DNA of 64,000 bases from Verrucomicrobiota bacterium (GTDB lineage Bacteria > Verrucomicrobiota > Verrucomicrobiia > Verrucomicrobiales > DEV007). The stretch covers positions 64,001-128,000 of the forward strand of contig JASFYY010000037.1 of NCBI GenBank assembly GCA_045046875.1. Reading direction: 5' to 3'. The position numbers were made by a program, and so were the translations under genes. The notes beneath the pieces are model-generated. The model had not been told where the DNA came from, did no database searches, and saw nothing but the letters and a program-made list of their open reading frames with translations. Of this stretch, positions 17,048 to 26,486 are shown piece by piece (within the stretch, counting starts at the first letter, position 1; every line of letters starts with the position of its first letter).

Positions 17048-19288
17048 TCAAGCCTTCCCGCCACTCTTTTTCTTTTCCAATTTTAATCCCGCGACTTTTT
17101 GCGTGATTCCCCTCAAAGCCCTCATCACTTCCAGCGGCCCTGCTGGCAGGGACAGGTCCACATCAATCCGGGTTCCAGGCGCATAGGCCAGCAGGGATTC
17201 TTTCAAAGCCTCCCTGACCGCCGCCGCCATAGCCACCGGGGCTTCGGCACAAGAAATCGACGATCGCTGCCGCTCTCCCCCACTCTCCACACCGTCAGCC
17301 TTCACACCATCCAAATCCATCAAGTCAATGCGGAAATCCAACGGAGCCTGCGCGAGTCCGGGCACCGCGCAGGGACGAGTATTCACTTGCTCGCTGAGCA
17401 CCCAAGCCTGTCCCATCATATAAGCCCTGGCGATTTGTGCGCGATTCAAATCAGCCCCCTTGTCACCTTTACCTGCCTGGTTTTGTGCAAACAGGTCCGC
17501 TCTTAATACCTGCACCTCTCCGGTGAAGGCATCCAGTTCCACCTCGACCACCGCAGCTCCGTAAAAATACCCAGTGAAAGGTCTGCCACAAAACTTTTTG
17601 CCGTTCCATTTTTTTGCCTCAGCAGAACCCCTATTCCGATAAAACCCAAACGCCGTCAGCTTTTCTCCCTGCTGACTCGCCTGGCTCACCTGAGAGGCAA
17701 ATTCAGATCTCCCGGAACCGCTGTGTTGCTTTAATCGTCTGGCTATTTTTTTGCAGGCTTTTTTCACCGCTCCAGCCACCAAAACCTCCGTATCGATTGC
17801 AAAAACCGGCATCGACACTCCCCCACCCAATTGCCCCTGATCCTCACCCGAGACCTCGATAAACTTTCCGTCCAATTGAAAAAATTCACTCACCTGAACC
17901 CTCACTCGCTCCAACAGGCCGTCGCCCACATCCACCCGGGCGATCCTCACCTGCACACTTCCATCCTGATAAACCTGCAAAAAAGCCGAAGCCTGGTTGA
18001 GCCTGCCCTGCGAATCGCCCACCCCCATCTTAACCGGCACCACCGCAATGCCGCGTTTGCAGGCGCGGTGTTTCCGATTCCATCCGACCAGCGCCTCCTT
18101 GCGCGAATGCCAATCGGATGCCGACAGTGCCGCAATCCACAATCGGCTCAAACGCTCGGCGTCGATCTTCTGGCCATAGGCCGTGAGAGCCGACTGCTTG
18201 CCCGCACGGTAAAAATTAAGCTCCCGCACCGTATCGGCGCTTTTACCCAAGCGCCGTGCCACTCGAGCGATGATCTCTTCCATCACAAAAATCCCCTGCG
18301 CCGAACCTTCGGCCCAAATAGAACTGCCCGTGATCCCACTGGTTCGACACAACTTGCCATTCACCCGAAAATCAGCAATGCCGTAAGCTCCATCGGCATT
18401 CAACATCGCCCGCTCCAGCGCCTGCTCACCCGCTCCACTCAGCGCGCCCGCATCCATCACCAGATCAATATTCAAAGCCAGAATCACCCCATCCGCATCG
18501 CAACTCGCCTGGAATTCCGCTTCCACCGCATGACGCTTGCCGGTCAGCGCGAGCTCCTGCTGCAAGTCCAGCTCCAAGCTCACCGCACGTCCCGATTTCA
18601 TCGCCGCCACCGCAGCCAGATTGGCCACCCGCACACTCTCATCTCCACGTCCACCCGACAAACCCAATACCGGCATCGCCTGCACCGTCACCCGGCTTTC
18701 AGCAATCCCCAACACACTCGCCACCGACGACTGAACCCGTGAAGGCTGCTCGCACGGCACCTTCACTGTGATCCCCCGCCTGCCATCCAATGCTTCAAGC
18801 GGCTCTGCCTGAGCGACCAGTATACCCCCGCTCAACGGATATTGACTAGCAATAGACAATTGACCTTCCACTAAAATGTCTCCCCCTTGCAAAGCTCCAT
18901 CCACATCCCCTTGTGATAGCGTAATGGTTTCGCCCAACAAGTTCCGCACCGCCTTGGCATGAGCTACATCCAACACTCCTGGTGCGCTGTGGTAGTCGAT
19001 CTCGATTTTTCCCAACGCTTGCTCGCAAGCGGCCCGGGACCTTCCAAGCACCAAAGCCACCGGCTGACCAACATACTCGACTTTATCACCAGCGAGCAGT
19101 TCTGAGCGATTTTCATTTTTAAAATCTTCGGCAAAATACACCGCCTCCACCCCATCCACCTCCAAGGCCGTTTGCTGCTTTTTGCCAACAATCGACGCTG
19201 ACGCATGCGGCGAAGTCAGCAGCACCGCTTCGAGCCATTCATCATTCCCCCTATTTCCATTCAACCCTTTCATCATCTCAATCTGCAT
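17048..19288 (-). CDS. Divergent xanthine dehydrogenase molybdopterin-subunit (XdhB)-like protein with degenerate cofactor motifs
   Basis: SPHASASI, VEYVGQPVALV, LTGKRH, KRGIAVVPVKMGV, YFYGAAVVEVELDAFTGEVQVLRAD retained; GGGFGGKE, AFRGFG, EMGQGL and QIEGG absent. Confidence 0.85.
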   Translation of the reverse strand: MQIEMMKGLNGNRGNDEWLEAVLLTSPHASASIVGKKQQTALEVDGVEAVYFAEDFKNENRSELLAGDKVEYVGQPVALVLGRSRAACEQALGKIEIDYHSAPGVLDVAHAKAVRNLLGETITLSQGDVDGALQGGDILVEGQLSIASQYPLSGGILVAQAEPLEALDGRRGITVKVPCEQPSRVQSSVASVLGIAESRVTVQAMPVLGLSGGRGDESVRVANLAAVAAMKSGRAVSLELDLQQELALTGKRHAVEAEFQASCDADGVILALNIDLVMDAGALSGAGEQALERAMLNADGAYGIADFRVNGKLCRTSGITGSSIWAEGSAQGIFVMEEIIARVARRLGKSADTVRELNFYRAGKQSALTAYGQKIDAERLSRLWIAALSASDWHSRKEALVGWNRKHRACKRGIAVVPVKMGVGDSQGRLNQASAFLQVYQDGSVQVRIARVDVGDGLLERVRVQVSEFFQLDGKFIEVSGEDQGQLGGGVSMPVFAIDTEVLVAGAVKKACKKIARRLKQHSGSGRSEFASQVSQASQQGEKLTAFGFYRNRGSAEAKKWNGKKFCGRPFTGYFYGAAVVEVELDAFTGEVQVLRADLFAQNQAGKGDKGADLNRAQIARAYMMGQAWVLSEQVNTRPCAVPGLAQAPLDFRIDLMDLDGVKADGVESGGERQRSSISCAEAPVAMAAAVREALKESLLAYAPGTRIDVDLSLPAGPLEVMRALRGITQKVAGLKLEKKKSGGKA

Positions 19289-20768
19289 CGATCGGCTTAA
19301 AAAAACCTTCCCCGTCCTCAGCTAAGTCCCGCCTCACCTCAGCCCCAGCCTTGTCTGCCTTGCGTTTTTGCAAACTCGCATATTGATGCTGAAACTTCTG
19401 TAACAAAGTACTCACCCATAAACGCCGGCCATCTTTCTCATCGAGCTTACCCAGCAACGCAATCTCCTCATCCAAGTTCTTGAGCACCGCGATCACCGCA
19501 TGCTGATCCCAAACTTTTCCTTTTAAAGCCGCCGCCGTTTTCACCGCCAACACCGGCTGCTCGATCAATCCCCCATAGGCTAAAATCGCCCGCTGCACCT
19601 TTTTCTCCTCGTCCAGCTCAAGCGCAAAAGCGGCACTGATCAAAGCAGGACAACCCGTCGACCGCAGGGATACCTTATAAGCTTCACAGACGCGCTGTTC
19701 GCAATCCTTCACCCGCAACATCTCCGCAGTATCGCGCGGCACACTCACACTCTTGATAATTTCATTATGCCGCAGCGCCCCCTCTTCATGGCGGGCAAAA
19801 AAGCTCTGCACCGTCAAGTCACGTGCACCCCCTTCCGATGCCAAACGCACCCGCGCCTCCAAGGTCAACAAAACCGGCCCTAACTCGGCACGTCCCGAAC
19901 TTGTATTCAACTGACCTCCCAAAGTCATCCGGTTGCGCAGCGGACCCAGCGCATAACGTTGCAAAGTTTTCCCCAACTCAGGGTATTCATCACCGAGCAC
20001 TTCCACGATTTCGGTCAAAGGCACCGCAGAACCAATTTGCCAGTGACTGCCCTCGTCCACCACCGCCCGCAATTCCCCAATACTCTCAACTGACAAACGC
20101 ACCGTAGCTGGCTCTCTGGCTGCCGTGATTCCTCCTGCTATCACCTTCACTTTTGCCGTCTGATTTTTGAGTTCAAATAAATCAACAATCGTCAGCGGGC
20201 GATAAAAGCGGTTTTTATCGACATCCACATACTTCACCGCATCCCCCGCCTCCACTCTATCCTCACCAAGCCGCGCGGCGCCATAGCTCTCCATCGGCAG
20301 TAAAACCTCGATCACCTTTTTCACCGCCGCGTAATCCGCCGTGCGGGAAATAAAATCATCCGGCAAAGTCACCTTTTTTTGCCCGGCAGTAAGCGCACAC
20401 CACTCGAACAACAAAAGCAGCAGATTGTCCCGCCTCAGCGGATGGCTATCAAGCCCCGGATAGCCCTTTTCAACAGCCCACAAGGGATGTTCGGAAAAAT
20501 GACTCTGCAAACCTTTGCGTGTCCATATCTGCTTACCCACCATCGTCACCAGTGGTACCTGCACAGCGTCAATCGTGCGCAGAACCGGTCGCCGGTCACG
20601 ATCCACATCCAACATCAGCACCAATGCTCCGCCCTGCTCACTATCCGCCCGGGTCAACACATCAACCTGTCCGCAGGCCTTCAGTCCATCCAATAAAGAC
20701 GTATGCACACTGACGTCCTCATGACGCCATGATGCTCCATTCAACTCTATTGTGAACCAACTCTGCAT
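19278..20768 (-). CDS. Divergent XdhA-like (Fe-S/FAD subunit) protein lacking the [2Fe-2S] cysteines
   Basis: IELNG..SVHTSLLDGL, FYRPLTI, VIAGG, LRNRMTLGGQL, YKVS, AYGG retained; start set at ATG 20768 (MQSWFTIELNG). Confidence 0.8.
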   Translation of the reverse strand: MQSWFTIELNGASWRHEDVSVHTSLLDGLKACGQVDVLTRADSEQGGALVLMLDVDRDRRPVLRTIDAVQVPLVTMVGKQIWTRKGLQSHFSEHPLWAVEKGYPGLDSHPLRRDNLLLLLFEWCALTAGQKKVTLPDDFISRTADYAAVKKVIEVLLPMESYGAARLGEDRVEAGDAVKYVDVDKNRFYRPLTIVDLFELKNQTAKVKVIAGGITAAREPATVRLSVESIGELRAVVDEGSHWQIGSAVPLTEIVEVLGDEYPELGKTLQRYALGPLRNRMTLGGQLNTSSGRAELGPVLLTLEARVRLASEGGARDLTVQSFFARHEEGALRHNEIIKSVSVPRDTAEMLRVKDCEQRVCEAYKVSLRSTGCPALISAAFALELDEEKKVQRAILAYGGLIEQPVLAVKTAAALKGKVWDQHAVIAVLKNLDEEIALLGKLDEKDGRRLWVSTLLQKFQHQYASLQKRKADKAGAEVRRDLAEDGEGFFKPIDAD

Positions 20769-20911
20769 ACCCTCAAAAAGTCTGCGCAGGCTATACTGTA
20801 GCGAAGCTCTAGTCAATCCATCATCCCTCTGCCTCCTCTACCAAGTGCTCCCGCAATTTTGGAAATTCCCAGTTTCCAAATTGAAACTATTGAGCCAACT
20901 TAGCCAGTAAC

Positions 20912-21592
20912 ATGGCAGACATTTCTCACAACCTCGAAACCATCCAAGGGCAAATCGCCGCAGCCACGTCTAAGTCCGGACGTCCGGCAGACTGCGTGCA
21001 ACTGCTGGCCGTTTCCAAAACCTATCCCCCCGGGATCATCCAACAAGCCTATGCCGCCGGACAAATCCACTTTGGCGAAAACCGGGTGCAAGAGTTGCTA
21101 GAAAAAGTTCCCGCCCTGCCACAAGACATCAACTGGCACCTGATCGGCCATTTACAGAAAAACAAAGTGCGCAAAGTGCTGGCAGGGCTCGCCACTATTC
21201 ATAGCGTCGACTCGCTCGCCATCGCACAAAGCATCAGCCGCATAGCTGGTGAGCTGGGATTAAAAATCTCCATCTACCTGCAGGTCAACATCAGCCAGGA
21301 CGACGCCAAATTCGGTTTTGCTGACGAGGAAATGCCCGCCGCGCTTGAGCAAGTCCAGGCAATGCCCCATCTTCAGGTCGAAGGCCTGATGACCATCCCG
21401 CAGTTCACCTCGGATCTAGAAAAAACGCGTCACCATTTTTCCGCCCTGCGTGACTTACGCGATCAACTCGCACAAAGCAGCGGCCTGCCACTGCCCGGAC
21501 TCTCGATGGGCATGAGTCATGATTTCACCGTCGCTATCGAAGAGGGCGCTACCATCGTCCGCGTCGGCTCCGCCATCTTCGGCCAACGCTAG
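20912..21592 (+). CDS. yggS: PLP homeostasis protein YggS
   Basis: LLAVSKT, FGENRVQE, WHLIGHLQKNK, LSMGMSHDF..AIEEGATIVRVGSAIFG. Confidence 0.96.
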   Translation: MADISHNLETIQGQIAAATSKSGRPADCVQLLAVSKTYPPGIIQQAYAAGQIHFGENRVQELLEKVPALPQDINWHLIGHLQKNKVRKVLAGLATIHSVDSLAIAQSISRIAGELGLKISIYLQVNISQDDAKFGFADEEMPAALEQVQAMPHLQVEGLMTIPQFTSDLEKTRHHFSALRDLRDQLAQSSGLPLPGLSMGMSHDFTVAIEEGATIVRVGSAIFGQR

Positions 21593-21720
21593 AAAAAGGT
21601 CATTAGGCGGTAAAAGGAGGATAACAATTAAGAACGCGGCACGGTTTGACCTCAGGGTGCAGGACAAAAAAATTAGCCATTGTTCATCGAAAGCTACCTT
21701 ATCACACCTCAACATCATTG

Positions 21721-21897
21721 CGCCCTTTTAGGGCTGGCAATAAAACCGACCTAACCCCAGAGCTTCGCTCTGGGCTATCACATTTTGTCCTTACAGGACA
21801 GTTTGCTTTTATCTCTTTTGCACCAACGGTGCTCAATGAGGCAGCCCAGTGCGAAGCGCTGGGTAAAAAAACCAATTCTTCCAGCCCTGCAAAGGCA
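21721..21897. repeat. REP/REPIN-like inverted pair of palindromic elements between convergent genes
   Basis: GCCCTTTTAGGGCTGG..CCCAGAGCTTCGCTCTGGGCT is mirrored by AGCCCAGTGCGAAGCGCTGGGT..CCAGCCCTGCAAAGGC. Confidence 0.65.
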
Positions 21898-22000
21898 TAC
21901 GCGTCAACTTAAGGTGCTTAACTATTTTGTCTTATCCCCCTTGACCTCGCTCTGTTTCCCGCCTGAATCACCTATAGCCTATACCGCCACAGCCTTCCCC

Positions 22001-22834
22001 CTAATACAAAATAATCGGCGGCGGCACGATCTTAACCGGTCCCGCCACATTATCCCCCTCGCTCTCCTCGATGCTGCTCACCACCTCGTCATCAAACTCG
22101 ATCGCCAATTTTCCCACCGGCACCTTCACATAAACCGTGGACTGAATGATGCGCCCGAAGCGGTCGCTGCCGGTCACCGTCTGTGGCACTCTTTCGTAAG
22201 TGATATACTCCACCTTGTCCGTGCGGCCTTCCTTGTCCACCTTCGAAGTGCGGTTGTCCGGCCTGCCCAAAGAGCGCTCCACTTCCCCCATCGTCATCCC
22301 CATCGCTATTTGTTTTTTTGCGATCAAATCCTGCACCAGCAATTCGCGCTCATAGAGCTTTTTTAAATTTTCCACCAACTTATCATCTATGCCCTCCACC
22401 GACTTGCGGTTCACCCAGCCCGCCACCTGCCCCTGCTGCGCCCTTGCCCTTATCCGATAAGCTTTGTCACTGACAGCCAACAAAGTCGCCGGACCACCCG
22501 GAACCAGATTACCCAACCAGCGCTGACCTTTCAGCGAACTGTAAACCGGCGAAGCTTTCACCACTTTCAGCTGAATCGGCTTGTCCAACAAGTCTTCCAG
22601 ATAGACAGCCCCCTCTTCTTGAATAAGGTTGCTTTTCCCTAAACGATTAGACGAACGATCATTAGCATTCGCCGAAAAACCAAACAACAGCACCACCAAA
22701 CCCGTCAGCAATACTGACAGATTCTCCAATCTGATTTTTTTCATCACCATTACAAGCTCCCCTCTACGCACTGCCTTTATAGACGACATAGAGACTCTAC
22801 TATTCAATCCAAGGAATAAAAAGCCTAAAAACAC
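22001..22834 (-). CDS. Secreted hypothetical protein (SH3-like plus SmpA/BamE-like motif); true start probably near 22744-22750
   Basis: Signal-like [48 protein letters not shown]. Confidence 0.65.
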   Translation of the reverse strand: MFLGFLFLGLNSRVSMSSIKAVRRGELVMVMKKIRLENLSVLLTGLVVLLFGFSANANDRSSNRLGKSNLIQEEGAVYLEDLLDKPIQLKVVKASPVYSSLKGQRWLGNLVPGGPATLLAVSDKAYRIRARAQQGQVAGWVNRKSVEGIDDKLVENLKKLYERELLVQDLIAKKQIAMGMTMGEVERSLGRPDNRTSKVDKEGRTDKVEYITYERVPQTVTGSDRFGRIIQSTVYVKVPVGKLAIEFDDEVVSSIEESEGDNVAGPVKIVPPPIILY

Positions 22835-22849
22835 TCAACTTTCATCAGC

Positions 22850-24136
22850 ATGCCAAGTCAAAATCAATCCCAAGCTCTCTTTGCCCGCGCCAAACGCCAC
22901 ATCCCCGGCGGTGTGAATTCCCCCGTCCGTGCTTTCCGTAATGTCGATGGTGACCCTTTTTTTGTCGACCACGCCAAAGGCAGCCACATCCGTGACGTCG
23001 ATGGCAACGACTTGATCGATTACGTCGGCACCTGGGGCCCCGCCATTCTCGGTCACTCCCCGGAGGTAGTGGTCGAAGCCGTGCGCGAAGCCGCGCTGGA
23101 CGGCCTGAGCTTCGGCATTCCCAATCCACGCGAAGTGGAAATGGCCGACCTGATCTGTGACTGGGTTCCGTCAGTGGAAAAAGTCCGCATGGTCAACAGT
23201 GGCACCGAAGCCACCATGTCCGCGTTGCGGCTGGCCCGAGGATTCACCGGACGTGACCAGATCATCAAATTTGAAGGTTGTTACCACGGTCATGTGGACT
23301 CGATGTTGGTCGCTGCCGGTAGCGGAGCTCTCACTCACGGCAAACCGGACAGCGCTGGAGTACCCGAAGCCTTTGCCGATACCACGATATGCTTGCCATT
23401 CAATGATCGCCAATCACTTGAAGACGTTTTTACGTCTCAAGGAGACAACATTGCAGCCATCATTCTAGAGCCTATCCCGGCCAATGCCGGACTGATTTTT
23501 CCTCAAGACGGCTTTTTGCAGTTCCTAAGAGACCTCACACAGAAACACGGTGCGCTATTGATCTTCGACGAAGTCATGACCGGCTTCCGAGTCGCCAAAG
23601 GTGGTGTGCAGGAGCATTTTGGTATCACTCCCGACCTGACCGCGCTCGGCAAAGTCATCGGCGGCGGCCTGCCGGTCGGTGCGTTTGGAGGACGAGCCGA
23701 CATCATGGATCTGCTCGCTCCCGACGGCCCCGTTTACCAAGCCGGCACCCTCTCCGGCAATCCGCTGGCAATGGCTGCCGGACTCGCCCAACTGCGCGAG
23801 CTGGAACGAATCAACGCCTGGGATCAGCTCGAACAACTCGGCGCCCTATTCGAAAAAGGTGTGCGTGAGAACCTGGCCAGGATCGGGAAGAACTACAGCT
23901 TCAACCGCATCGGCTCGATGTTCTGCCTCTTTTTCACCGAAAACCCAATCGGCAACCTCGACGACGCCAAAACCGCCGACCTCGACACTTTCAAAAAATA
24001 CTTCGCCAGCTGCCTCGAACAAGGCGTCTATTTTGCCCCCTCCCAATTCGAAACCGGCTTCATCTCCACCGCGCACACCGAAGCGGATATCACCCAAACA
24101 GCTGAAGTCGCCGCCAAGGCATTGGCGAGTTTGTGA
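22850..24136 (+). CDS. hemL: Glutamate-1-semialdehyde 2,1-aminomutase
   Basis: [57 protein letters not shown]. Confidence 0.98.
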   Translation: MPSQNQSQALFARAKRHIPGGVNSPVRAFRNVDGDPFFVDHAKGSHIRDVDGNDLIDYVGTWGPAILGHSPEVVVEAVREAALDGLSFGIPNPREVEMADLICDWVPSVEKVRMVNSGTEATMSALRLARGFTGRDQIIKFEGCYHGHVDSMLVAAGSGALTHGKPDSAGVPEAFADTTICLPFNDRQSLEDVFTSQGDNIAAIILEPIPANAGLIFPQDGFLQFLRDLTQKHGALLIFDEVMTGFRVAKGGVQEHFGITPDLTALGKVIGGGLPVGAFGGRADIMDLLAPDGPVYQAGTLSGNPLAMAAGLAQLRELERINAWDQLEQLGALFEKGVRENLARIGKNYSFNRIGSMFCLFFTENPIGNLDDAKTADLDTFKKYFASCLEQGVYFAPSQFETGFISTAHTEADITQTAEVAAKALASL

Positions 24137-24165
24137 AAAGGATAAGCGGTATCCAAGGGTCACTC

Positions 24166-24206
24166 TTGACTCACTCACCAGCCATGCTATCATTGATAGC
24201 ATGGCT
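24166..24206 (+). promoter_or_regulatory. TA operon promoter with palindromic operator
   Basis: TTGACT (24166), TGcTATCAT extended -10 (24185-24193); perfect palindrome AGCCATGCTATCA-T-TGATAGCATGGCT (24180-24206) covering the -10 and the ATG. Confidence 0.7.
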
Positions 24207-24449
24207 CAATTATTAGTCCGCCAACTCCCCGATCAAGTAATAAAGCGCTTAAAAAAAGTGGCTGCGGAATCTGGAATTTCCAGCGAAGAAGCCCACCGCC
24301 GAATCCTTCAACACGCTTTGTTCTGTGATGAAGATCTGGAAGGCCGGTTCGCTCCCTTAAAAGACACACTCTTCGACATGCCTGATATCGGCAACGATGC
24401 AGATTTTGAACGTCAAAAAGATATTCCCCAGGCACCGGACCTATCGTGA
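24201..24449 (+). CDS. FitA-like ribbon-helix-helix antitoxin
   Basis: MAQLLVRQLPDQVIKRLKKVAAESGISSEEAHRRIL; GTGA overlap with the PIN toxin. Confidence 0.85.
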   Translation: MAQLLVRQLPDQVIKRLKKVAAESGISSEEAHRRILQHALFCDEDLEGRFAPLKDTLFDMPDIGNDADFERQKDIPQAPDLS

Positions 24450-24874
24450 ATACGGAAAAATATCTACTCGATACCAATGTGGTATCCGAACTACGAAAAA
24501 AGCAGCATAGCTCCCCCCGGTTGCGCAATTGGTTCAAAAACGTCAACGCTTCTTCATTGTTTCTTAGCGTAGTCACGATCGCCGAGATCCAACACGGCAT
24601 CGAGCTGATCTCCAAAAGAGACAAAATCCAAGCTGAGCTCCTTATCCAGTGGAAAAGCCGCCTTCAAAACAGCTATCAAAATCTCGATCACCTCTTATCC
24701 CTCGATCCTGACACTGCACAACAATGGGGCAAACTACAATCCCTGCGTCCTCTTCCTGCAATGGACGCCTGGCTGGCCGCGACAGCCATCGTCCATGATC
24801 TCACCATCGTCACCAGAAATGAAAAAGACTTTGCTCGTCTGCCCATCAAATTGCTCAATCCCTGGACGGACTAA
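24446..24874 (+). CDS. vapC: VapC/FitB PIN-domain ribonuclease toxin
   Basis: YLLDTNVVSE, SVVTIAEI, DAWLAATA, IVTRNEKDF. Confidence 0.93.
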   Translation: MNTEKYLLDTNVVSELRKKQHSSPRLRNWFKNVNASSLFLSVVTIAEIQHGIELISKRDKIQAELLIQWKSRLQNSYQNLDHLLSLDPDTAQQWGKLQSLRPLPAMDAWLAATAIVHDLTIVTRNEKDFARLPIKLLNPWTD

Positions 24875-24884
24875 TTCTTCCACC

Positions 24885-25237
24885 TCAGAGCTTCCTCCCA
24901 CGCTTTGCCTTGCGCCGCAATTCCCCAAGCCTGGCTTTAAGCGGCAGTCAGAACAAACGATCGACTTCTCTTTCCGCTTCAATTTCCACAACCAGTTTCT
25001 CCCTCACCGCGGCCTGATCGCCCTCAATTGCCGCCCGCAAAAGCACGCGATTAGACACCTGCACCTGAGCTTCCGATTTAAATCTCTGCGCCACCTCAAC
25101 AATCAACCCAACGGTTCGCATTTCACGCAACCAAAACTCAATATCAGTAAAGCTCGGCTCGCTTTCTTTACGGTTCAGATAATGCACCTCGACAAAACGC
25201 TGAATCATTGGCCAATCCTTGGATCGTTGTATTTTTT
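24885..25237 (-). pseudogene. Truncated, nonsense-interrupted remnant of a conserved hypothetical gene (possibly nucleotidyltransferase-like)
   Basis: Frame reads KKIQRSKDWPMIQRFVEVHY...FWLREMRT...EREVDRLF*LPLKARLGELRRK; no upstream part, internal TGA at 24948-24950. Confidence 0.5.
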
Positions 25238-25256
25238 ATAATCCCTAACTCCCCAT

Positions 25257-26486
25257 CTATCCTTCATCATTCGAAATTCCCAACACTTCCCTCAAATTGG
25301 CCAGTTTCTCACCCGCCCCCTTGCCCGCATCAGAAGTGATCTTTGAATTTCCTCCCAACAGAGTGCCCAAGGCTTTACCCTTGTTCTTGAGCAATTCATT
25401 GCGCAACCTGGCCAAATCCTGACTCGCTCGCAACTCCGCTTTCAGCTCATTGCGTTCGCGTTTCAATAATTCGAACTTCTCCGCCAAAGCCGCACCGCGG
25501 AAAACCGGCGTTTGTTCATCCCAGGTATTCACCAGGGCTTTGTTCGGATAATCGTTCAGCTCCGTCAATTTGTCTTCATCCAGCGAATCAATCAAGCTCC
25601 CCAAATCATCCTCACTCGAACGAGCTGCCAACTTAGCCAGGGCCAGTTGAAACAAACCCGGGTGAAAACTCGAAATACTGCTCTGCGTCGCCGCCATGTA
25701 TTGATAAAAACGCCGCCGCACCTGTGAGTCGGATTCGAGTTCATCGGCATAGTCATGGTAGAGATCAACATGCATGCGCAGCATCTCCTTCAGCAAAGGA
25801 GCCGGCGCGCTGTTGATGTTATTCTCGGGGTGCACCCGGTAGTTCAACAAGGATTCATTCAGCAAACGAATACCTCCCCGGATCGCCGCGCCACTGAGGA
25901 AAAAATAATCGTGATTGAAACGATAAGGCCGAAAAGGATTAGCACACAGGTAGTCTGCCCGGGCAATGATATTACTGCTGGTCACAGGAAAGTTGGCCAT
26001 GCCCATCCACTCCCAGATCGCCAGACTCTCATCATCCGCCATCGACCACACCGCGCGCAGCCATTTAGCTCGCGACTCATCGGCCTGCAGCGGTGCATTA
26101 TCCGGATCAATCATCGTCAGGCCGGTGACCACCACCTCGACCCCATCACTTCCTTCACTCTCAAACAACGGCAGGCATTTTTCAAAACGCTCAGGCTCGT
26201 AAAAATCGTCCGAATTCAAAATACTGATCAAATCACAATCTTCAGCAACCGTTTTAGCCAGACGGTTGAGAGTATTATGCGCGCCTGCATTTTCCTGCAC
26301 GATCAACTCCACCCCACGTTCTTCGTATGCTCGAATCACCTCCACCGACTTATCCTTCGAACCGTCATCAATGACCAGGAAACGATCCGGCGGCCGCGTT
26401 TGCTCCAAAACCGACTCGATCGCCTTACCCACATAGTGAGCATGATTGTAACAAGGGATAACGACAGCTAGGCGGCTCTTGTTCAT
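25257..26486 (-). CDS. Glycosyltransferase family 2
   Basis: VVIPCYNH, IDDGSKD, ILNSDD, HDY; start ATG 26486 overlaps the GT4 stop. Confidence 0.9.
   Translation of the reverse strand: MNKSRLAVVIPCYNHAHYVGKAIESVLEQTRPPDRFLVIDDGSKDKSVEVIRAYEERGVELIVQENAGAHNTLNRLAKTVAEDCDLISILNSDDFYEPERFEKCLPLFESEGSDGVEVVVTGLTMIDPDNAPLQADESRAKWLRAVWSMADDESLAIWEWMGMANFPVTSSNIIARADYLCANPFRPYRFNHDYFFLSGAAIRGGIRLLNESLLNYRVHPENNINSAPAPLLKEMLRMHVDLYHDYADELESDSQVRRRFYQYMAATQSSISSFHPGLFQLALAKLAARSSEDDLGSLIDSLDEDKLTELNDYPNKALVNTWDEQTPVFRGAALAEKFELLKRERNELKAELRASQDLARLRNELLKNKGKALGTLLGGNSKITSDAGKGAGEKLANLREVLGISNDEG

Noticed and set aside
17048..20768. Calling the Xdh-like pair a functional xanthine dehydrogenase, or a plain pseudogene
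   Set aside because: Cofactor ligands are missing, yet both frames are full-length and uninterrupted, so neither label fits.
23679..24449. 256-aa ORF overlapping hemL
   Set aside because: Only the last 82 codons from ATG 24201 form the antitoxin; the rest is an alternate frame of hemL.
15239..24950. TGA recoding (Trp or Sec) suggested by two TGA-interrupted frames
   Set aside because: Conserved genes such as hemL, plsX and cls end at TGA normally, so simple nonsense mutations explain the two cases.
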